A stretch of 64,000 nt of DNA. Source: an uncultured Gammaproteobacteria bacterium (GTDB taxonomy: Bacteria; Patescibacteriota; Microgenomatia; UBA10105; UBA927). This document shows positions 58,690 to 64,000 of this stretch, one piece after another. The DNA lies in contig CAZSTG010000001.1 of assembly GCA_964609895.1 (NCBI GenBank), positions 141,897-205,896 of the forward strand. Direction: 5' to 3'. Every line of letters begins with the position of its first letter. Within the stretch, counting starts at the first letter, position 1. The notes under the pieces were generated by a model. That model worked only from the letters and a program-made list of their open reading frames with translations. It ran no database searches and was not told the DNA's origin. The position numbers and the translations under genes were made by a program.

Positions 58690-58694
58690 AGCAA

Positions 58695-58717
58695 TTATTG
58701 CAAGTAACTTGCAATAA
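58695..58717. promoter_or_regulatory. palindrome TTATTGCAAGT-a-ACTTGCAATAA immediately upstream of the Fur-family gene
   Basis: Perfect 11-bp arms. A related TTATTGCAA-N6-TTGCAATAA occurs at 50561-50584. Confidence 0.5.
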
Positions 58718-58744
58718 CTATTTAATACTGATACACTTTCTGTC

Positions 58745-59140
58745 ATGCAAAAGAAGCAGGTATGTTGTTTTCGTAAAACTTTATCTCGAGAGGCGATTTT
58801 GTCGTGTATTTCAGATGCGCATACACCATTGTCGATTGACGATATTAAACGAACACTTCAAAAAAGACATGTACAGATTGATGATGCAACAATTTATCGC
58901 ACTATGAAAACATTTGTGGAAAAAGGTGAATTACAGCAAATTGATTTTCAAGAAGGAAAATTTCGATATGAATCCGCAAAACTTCCACATCATCATCATG
59001 TGGTGTGCGAAAAATGTGGTGCGGTGGAAGATGTTCCAGTGAAAGAAGATTTACTGTTAAAGCAGTTGCGTATAAAAACGAAATTCAAGGTAATACGGCA
59101 TAGCCTTGAGTTTTTCGGTCTTTGTAACAAGTGCCAATAA
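58745..59140 (+). CDS. Fur-family metalloregulator (Zur/PerR-like)
   Basis: wHTH, then HHHHVVCEKCG...CNKC metal-binding motifs. Upstream of a ZIP transporter gene. Confidence 0.8.
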   Translation: MQKKQVCCFRKTLSREAILSCISDAHTPLSIDDIKRTLQKRHVQIDDATIYRTMKTFVEKGELQQIDFQEGKFRYESAKLPHHHHVVCEKCGAVEDVPVKEDLLLKQLRIKTKFKVIRHSLEFFGLCNKCQ

Positions 59141-59142
59141 CT

Positions 59143-59886
59143 ATGAATACACTCATTGCAATCATTCTTGCAAATATTTTTATCAGTTTTGGAGGGCTTG
59201 CGGGTGTGATCACGCTTGCGCTGAAGGAGAAGACGCTGCAAAAAATTCTTATGTCGCTGGTTGCGTTGTCTGCAGGAGCTCTTATGGGCGGTGCCTTTAT
59301 TCATCTGCTTCCGGAGGCGGTGGAGTTGACGGAGCCGATGACTGCATTCGGCATTGTGCTTGCCTCTTTTGTGTGTTTTTTCTTTATAGAAAAATTGCTG
59401 CACTGGAGACATTGTCATAAAGGGCACTGCGATATACACACGTTCGGATATATGAATCTCATCGGAGACAGCGTACATAATTTCATCGACGGACTTATTC
59501 TTGCCGCAACATTTATGACATCGATACCTTTGGGAGTTGCAACGACCATTACCGTTGCTATGCATGAGATTCCCCAAGAAATCGGTGATTTCGGCGTGCT
59601 TTTATATTCGGGATTTGAAAAGAAAAAAGCACTGATTGCAAATTTCTGCGTCGCCTGCATCGCCATTCTGGGAGGAGTGACGGGATATTTTCTATCCCTG
59701 TATTCGGAGCATTTTATTGCTTATCTGCTGCCGTTTGCGGCGGGAGGATTTATTTATATTGCAGCATCGGATCTCATGCCGGAAATAAGGAAAGAACAAA
59801 GTTTGAAACGGACAATCGCCTCGTTCGGTATGTTTCTTGTCGGAATTGCTATCATGATTCTGGTAAAAGTGTTCGGTGCGGAATAA
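59143..59886 (+). CDS. zupT: ZIP-family divalent metal (zinc) transporter
   Basis: 8 TM. HEIPQEIGDFGVL signature in TM5. ATG 59143 right after the fur TAA. Confidence 0.85.
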   Translation: MNTLIAIILANIFISFGGLAGVITLALKEKTLQKILMSLVALSAGALMGGAFIHLLPEAVELTEPMTAFGIVLASFVCFFFIEKLLHWRHCHKGHCDIHTFGYMNLIGDSVHNFIDGLILAATFMTSIPLGVATTITVAMHEIPQEIGDFGVLLYSGFEKKKALIANFCVACIAILGGVTGYFLSLYSEHFIAYLLPFAAGGFIYIAASDLMPEIRKEQSLKRTIASFGMFLVGIAIMILVKVFGAE

Positions 59887-59887
59887 T

Positions 59888-60208
59888 ATGTCATTCAAAG
59901 ACACGGTGTATAACATAACAGCACATATCCCAAAAGGAAAAGTTGCGACATACGGGCAGATTGCACTGCTCGCAGGGAATCCCAAGGCCGCACGTGCCGT
60001 CGGCAGTTTTATGAAAACCAATCCGTTTGCGCCCCGCGTGCCGTGTCATCGGGTGGTCGCGGGGAACGGAAGTTTGACAGGGTATTCTGCTGCAGGTGGT
60101 GTGGTAAAAAAGAAATCCATGCTTATCCGTGAAGGAGTTCGGTTTTTGAAAGAAAAAGTGGATATGTCACGAAGCCGTTGGGATGGAAAGGCGTCATTGG
60201 ATGCATAA
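59888..60208 (+). CDS. MGMT-family alkyltransferase DNA-binding domain protein (O6-alkylguanine transferase C-domain only, PCHRV active site)
   Basis: ...YGQIALLAGNPKAARAVG...PCHRVV... 107 aa, so it lacks the N-terminal domain. Confidence 0.8.
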   Translation: MSFKDTVYNITAHIPKGKVATYGQIALLAGNPKAARAVGSFMKTNPFAPRVPCHRVVAGNGSLTGYSAAGGVVKKKSMLIREGVRFLKEKVDMSRSRWDGKASLDA

Positions 60209-60224
60209 GGTATAATACGGGGGT

Positions 60225-60734
60225 ATGAATAAACTCATTCCGATTCTCATTGGTATACTTATTGTTTCAGTGGTTGTTTTTTTGAAGCCTGCAACCACCT
60301 CTAAAAAAGTCCCTGCCGATTCATCGTCTGCCGTTGTCGTTTCTCCGGAGACAAGTTCTCCAACAGCTGAATTGACAAATACAAAAGACATTGTTGCTGT
60401 ATTTCTGCAGCATATCGCCGAAAAGCGCGTCGCGGAAGCAGTGCGTATGTTTTCAAAAAATGCGGCTCCTGATGATACGGCAAAGCAAGCATGGGGAGTA
60501 CAGTTTAATGCGTTCAGGAAGCTGACGGTTTTGGCAATTGAGCCATCGATGGAAGAATCATGGAAAGATGCGCAGAAGATATATCGGGTAACAATGGATG
60601 TGGAGATGGAGGAAGATACCGCGGAAGAGGCGATACCATATTTCGGGTATGTGAATGGAACAAATATGCGCTGGGTAACAATTGAAAAGGATGGAGCCGA
60701 TTGGAAAATTGCAGGAATCAGTACAGGACCATAA
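60225..60734 (+). CDS. hypothetical membrane-anchored/secreted protein
   Basis: TATAAT 8 nt upstream of ATG (leaderless pattern). N-terminal TM helix. Confidence 0.55.
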   Translation: MNKLIPILIGILIVSVVVFLKPATTSKKVPADSSSAVVVSPETSSPTAELTNTKDIVAVFLQHIAEKRVAEAVRMFSKNAAPDDTAKQAWGVQFNAFRKLTVLAIEPSMEESWKDAQKIYRVTMDVEMEEDTAEEAIPYFGYVNGTNMRWVTIEKDGADWKIAGISTGP

Positions 60735-60735
60735 T

Positions 60736-61308
60736 ATGACGATAACAAGCGCTGAGTTTATAAAAAGCATCAACGGTACAGACAAAGTTTTGTATAACGG
60801 CAAATATCAGATTGCATTTGTCGGACGTTCCAATGTCGGAAAATCCAGTCTCATTAATTCGCTTGTGCATGAGAAACTTGCCAGATCCAGTAAAGCTCCC
60901 GGAAAAACAAAACACCTCGATATATTTCAGATAAACAACAAATTTTATTTTGTGGATTTTCCTGGATACGGGTTTGCTCACGCGCCTGCTGACGAACGGG
61001 AACGGTATCGAAAAATGATGATGTGGTATTTTGAATATTCTGAAGTGAAACGAAGAACGGTCATTCATATTGTCGATAGTGTTGTGGGTATGACAGACTT
61101 CGATTTGCAGATGGTTGAATATCTGTCAGAACTTCATATTGATCGTGTAATTATTGCAAATAAAATTGATAAATTATCAAAGATCGATCAAAGAAAACAA
61201 ATTGAAGAAATTACAAAACAAGCTGGTGGTGCCCGAGTTATTCCCTACAGCACAAAAACAAATGAGGGAAGAACCTCCGTCCTGTCATATATAGAACATG
61301 TGATATGA
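60736..61308 (+). CDS. engB: ribosome-biogenesis GTPase EngB/YsxC
   Basis: ...IAFVGRSNVGKSSLIN... G1, DFPGYG G3. ATG 60736 after the upstream TAA. Confidence 0.88.
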   Translation: MTITSAEFIKSINGTDKVLYNGKYQIAFVGRSNVGKSSLINSLVHEKLARSSKAPGKTKHLDIFQINNKFYFVDFPGYGFAHAPADERERYRKMMMWYFEYSEVKRRTVIHIVDSVVGMTDFDLQMVEYLSELHIDRVIIANKIDKLSKIDQRKQIEEITKQAGGARVIPYSTKTNEGRTSVLSYIEHVI

Positions 61309-62030
61309 AAAAATCATCTTTCATGTCTTCCGTGGTATGTTCAATTCAACAAGAGCTGAAAGATCACGCTGACCCAAAAACAAAGGAATCGGCGAAGCAT
61401 TTTTTCAAAGAAGAGATTCATGTGTACGGCGTAAAAACTGCGGGGGTTGTCTCGATTGCAAAAAAGTACTGGAAAGAGATTAAAGATTTGCCAAAGAAAC
61501 AAGTTTTTGCGTACGCAGAAGAGCTGTACAGATCAGGAATCATGGAAGAATCATTTATCGTTTCTGCATGGATTCCGCAGTTGGCAAAACAATTTGAAAA
61601 GAATGACATTCGTGTTTTTTATCGCTGGATTAATGCATATATTACCAACTGGGCGTCCTGCGATGGATTTTGTAATCATTCGGTTGGTGCCTATATGGTG
61701 AAGTTTCCTACGCAGGTTTCGATTCTTTTCAAATGGGCGACTTCCAAAAATCGTTGGGTCAGACGCGCGGCTGCGGTGTCTCTTATTGTTCCTGCTAAAC
61801 ACGGAAAATTTCTTGACGATGTTTTTGTAATTGCAGATATTTTGCTTTTGGATGCGGATGATATGGTGCAAAAAGGATACGGATGGCTTTTGAAAGAAGC
61901 AAGCAGACAACATCAAACGGAAGTATTTGAATATGTCATGAAACATAAACAAGAAATGCCTCGTACTGCGCTTCGGTACGCGATTGAACTGATGCCGCAA
62001 CAGCTTCGTAAAAAGGCGATGGAGAAATAA
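61305..62030 (+). CDS. DNA alkylation repair enzyme (AlkC/AlkD-like HEAT-repeat glycosylase family)
   Basis: 241 aa all-helical. ...WASCDGFCNH...WVRRAAAVSLI... resembles the DNA_alkylation family. Confidence 0.65.
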   Translation: MKKSSFMSSVVCSIQQELKDHADPKTKESAKHFFKEEIHVYGVKTAGVVSIAKKYWKEIKDLPKKQVFAYAEELYRSGIMEESFIVSAWIPQLAKQFEKNDIRVFYRWINAYITNWASCDGFCNHSVGAYMVKFPTQVSILFKWATSKNRWVRRAAAVSLIVPAKHGKFLDDVFVIADILLLDADDMVQKGYGWLLKEASRQHQTEVFEYVMKHKQEMPRTALRYAIELMPQQLRKKAMEK

Positions 62031-62048
62031 TTCTGATATACTAGGAAA

Positions 62049-62783
62049 ATGGCAAAAAAGGTAAGCATTATTATTGTTATTTTTGCGTTTCTGTTGGGAG
62101 GCATTGCGGTGTGGCTGAAAACTCGTCCTGTGGATGCCGTGTTGCCTGTTCTTGGAGATACGATTACATTACAAAAAATACAGACGAAGCCGAAAGAATC
62201 ATTTATCGATGTACTGTCGGTAACGCCTACGACAACACCAGTATTAGATCATCAGCTACAAGCTGATCCGCCTTTGGCGGAGAAAGGACCAATGGTTATG
62301 GAAATTGATACAGAAAAATCCTATGAGGCAATTTTAAAAACAAATCTGGGCGATATCACCGTCGCACTGAATGCGAGTGCAACTCCGATAACAGTAAACA
62401 ATTTTGTAAGTCTTGCGCGGAAGAATTTTTACGACAGTACTATTTTTCACAGAATTATTCAGGGATTTATGATTCAGGGCGGAGATCCGAACGGAACGGG
62501 AACGGGAGGGCCGGGGTATACATTTGATGACGAGCCGTTTACCGGAGAATATACAAGGGGAACACTTGCAATGGCAAATGCAGGACCCGATACCAACGGC
62601 AGCCAGTTTTTTATCATGCATGCGGACGTCCCGCTTCCAAAAAACTATGTTATTTTCGGACATGTGACAAAAGGAATGGATGTCGTAGATAAAATCGCGA
62701 CAGCCGCAACAAAACCTGAAGGTGAAGGATCGACACCCGTTAATCCGACCGTTGTTTCCACTATTGAAATCATTGAGAAATAA
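62049..62783 (+). CDS. cyclophilin-type peptidyl-prolyl cis-trans isomerase with N-terminal membrane anchor
   Basis: ...FHRIIQGFMIQGGDPNGTGTGGPGY... cyclophilin signature. Confidence 0.9.
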   Translation: MAKKVSIIIVIFAFLLGGIAVWLKTRPVDAVLPVLGDTITLQKIQTKPKESFIDVLSVTPTTTPVLDHQLQADPPLAEKGPMVMEIDTEKSYEAILKTNLGDITVALNASATPITVNNFVSLARKNFYDSTIFHRIIQGFMIQGGDPNGTGTGGPGYTFDDEPFTGEYTRGTLAMANAGPDTNGSQFFIMHADVPLPKNYVIFGHVTKGMDVVDKIATAATKPEGEGSTPVNPTVVSTIEIIEK

Positions 62784-62784
62784 T

Positions 62785-63045
62785 ATGACAACATTGAGTG
62801 ATCTTGAAAGACGAGTGAGCGTCATTGAAAAAAGAAACACCCGCGTCGAACTGGATAAACGGTGGGAAACCAGTTGGGTGCGAAGAGTCGCAGTTATCAT
62901 TTTTACGTATGTCGCAATTGGTATGTATTTGCAATTCATTCATGTTACTGATCCTTGGTTAAACGCCATTGTTCCCGCAGTTGGATTTTTTCTTTCAACG
63001 CTTACACTCAGTGTCATAAAACAATTTTGGATGAAAGAAAAATAA
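62785..63045 (+). CDS. hypothetical small membrane protein (86 aa, 2 TM)
   Basis: ATG 62785 immediately after the PPIase TAA. Two hydrophobic helices. Confidence 0.5.
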   Translation: MTTLSDLERRVSVIEKRNTRVELDKRWETSWVRRVAVIIFTYVAIGMYLQFIHVTDPWLNAIVPAVGFFLSTLTLSVIKQFWMKEK

Positions 63046-63076
63046 ATTAGGAAAATCATTGTATAATAGAACACAT

Positions 63077-63649
63077 ATGAATACATCATCGCTCACACAA
63101 CAAAATTTACTCAAAGCATTTGCAGGAGAAAGCCAAGCAAGAAACAAATATGCCATGTTTGCTAAAATGGCACGGAAAGAAAATTTAGAATGGATTGCAC
63201 GTGTATTTGAGGAAACAGCGGATAATGAACGCGCACATGCGGAAGAACTGTTTGAGCAGATAAAAGGAAAAGTGTCCGTTCCAAACAGTACACTGGACAT
63301 TGAAGGATACTCCGCAAATACTGTTGAAAATTTGAAGATGGCTGCAGCGGGTGAAAAGTATGAATGGACATCTATGTATCCGGAATTTGAGAAAATTGCT
63401 GCCGCTGAAAAAGATCCGGAAGCGACGCGGCTGTTCGGTAATCTGAAAAAAGTTGAGGAAAAACATGAGGAACGATATATCATTCTCGCAAAGCATCTGG
63501 ATGCAAAGACGTTATATGATCAGGATACAGAGCTTGAATGGAAATGTGTAAACTGCGGATATATCCATAAAGGGAAGACACCTCCTCAAAAATGCCCAGT
63601 GTGTCAGAAGCCGTATACATGGTACATGCCGCTTGGACTCGTCAGGTAA
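63077..63649 (+). CDS. rubrerythrin (ferritin-like diiron domain + C-terminal rubredoxin-like CxxC...CxxC)
   Basis: ...AGESQARNKY...ERAHAE... ends WKCVNCGYIH...CPVCQKP. Confidence 0.9.
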   Translation: MNTSSLTQQNLLKAFAGESQARNKYAMFAKMARKENLEWIARVFEETADNERAHAEELFEQIKGKVSVPNSTLDIEGYSANTVENLKMAAAGEKYEWTSMYPEFEKIAAAEKDPEATRLFGNLKKVEEKHEERYIILAKHLDAKTLYDQDTELEWKCVNCGYIHKGKTPPQKCPVCQKPYTWYMPLGLVR

Positions 63650-63652
63650 CAT

Positions 63653-64000
63653 ATGGAGAAAGCACCTGCGTTTCAGCTTCCTGACCAGACAGGCTCTGTT
63701 CACACGCTTCTTCAGTATCGAGGAAAGTGGGTCGTTTTGTATTTCTATCCAAAGGATGATACTCCGGGGTGCACAAAAGAAGCGTGTAATTTCAGGGATG
63801 CATGGAAAGATTTTACGAGTGTGGGAGTTGTGATTTTGGGAGTGTCAAAAGATTCTGTTGCCTCACACAAGAAATTTGCGGAAAAATTTCATTTGCAGTT
63901 TCCACTGCTCAGTGATGAAACAAAAGAGGTGATCAAAGCGTATGGCGCGTGGGGAGTCAAGAAATTTATGGGTAGAGAATTTGAAGGAGTGAAACGGACA
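63653..64000 (+). CDS. bcp: peroxiredoxin Bcp (thiol peroxidase), 3' end outside window
   Basis: ...YFYPKDDTPGCTKEACNFRD... peroxidatic Cys motif. Still open at 64000. Confidence 0.88.
   Translation, partial: MEKAPAFQLPDQTGSVHTLLQYRGKWVVLYFYPKDDTPGCTKEACNFRDAWKDFTSVGVVILGVSKDSVASHKKFAEKFHLQFPLLSDETKEVIKAYGAWGVKKFMGREFEGVKRT

Noticed and set aside
1-64000. CRISPR arrays, rRNA genes, transposases/integrases
   Set aside because: No regularly spaced direct repeats. No 16S/23S/5S signatures. No DDE or tyrosine-recombinase-like ORF recognised. The only integrase footprint is the tRNA-Gln 3' duplication.

Overview
This 64-kb window looks like a small-genome bacterium, probably from the Candidate Phyla Radiation / Patescibacteria. 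Protein similarity calls rest on recognised sequence motifs, not on database searches.

The core of the window (2.6–22.4 kb) is a compact, collinear translation-apparatus cluster on the + strand: fusA, tuf, then rpsJ and 17 downstream ribosomal-protein genes through rplO, then secY, adk, cmk, map, infA, rpmJ, rpsM, rpsK, rpsD, rpoA, rplQ, rplM, rpsI.
- There is no L30 gene: S5 and L15 are only 7 nt apart.
- S14 is the zinc-binding type Z form, and L24 carries a C-terminal Cys4 ribbon.
- A 161-nt structured spacer separates rpsJ from rplC.

Downstream come housekeeping genes. On the - strand sit a Ddl-like ATP-grasp protein, a HAD hydrolase and tRNA-Pro(GGG). Following on the + strand are recA-recX, RNase Y, HU, a LytR_C-domain protein, miaB-miaA and an AI-2E permease. 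The next gene is RNase P RNA on the - strand, which the ORF track missed and which is overlapped by spurious ORFs. After it come comM/yifB and an unannotated 48-aa zinc-ribbon gene on the - strand. The + strand continues with DUF4446, DUF3048, secDF, cca (- strand), recJ, a short archaeal-type aspS, a D-Ala-D-Ala carboxypeptidase, gltX, era (- strand) and a MutY/Nth-family glycosylase.

tRNA-Gln(CTG) sits at 50.4 kb. A 16-nt direct repeat of its 3' end lies 158 nt downstream, an att-like scar. After it the content turns accessory:
- an EamA permease, a bactofilin-repeat/polytopic-membrane fusion, a GT4 glycosyltransferase and a TfoX_C-like protein;
- the most interesting locus, headed by a near-consensus sigma70 promoter overlapped by a perfect 22-bp palindrome. 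It runs: a mini-ORF with a radical-SAM-like CX3CX2C motif, DUF5320, DUF134 (predicted regulator), a thioredoxin-like protein, a thioredoxin-CcdA/DsbD-like membrane oxidoreductase and YibE/F;
- then a Fur-family regulator, a ZIP transporter, an MGMT-like alkyltransferase, EngB, an AlkD-like protein, cyclophilin, rubrerythrin and Bcp.

Other recurring signals:
- at least five leaderless-type promoters of the form TATAAT-N6-8-ATGAA;
- a TTATTGCAA-N5/6-TTGCAATAA palindrome at two loci;
- an antiterminator/terminator-like leader with face-to-face promoters in the 750-nt recJ-aspS gap, upstream of a small basic ORF.

No CRISPR array, rRNA gene or obvious transposase was seen.
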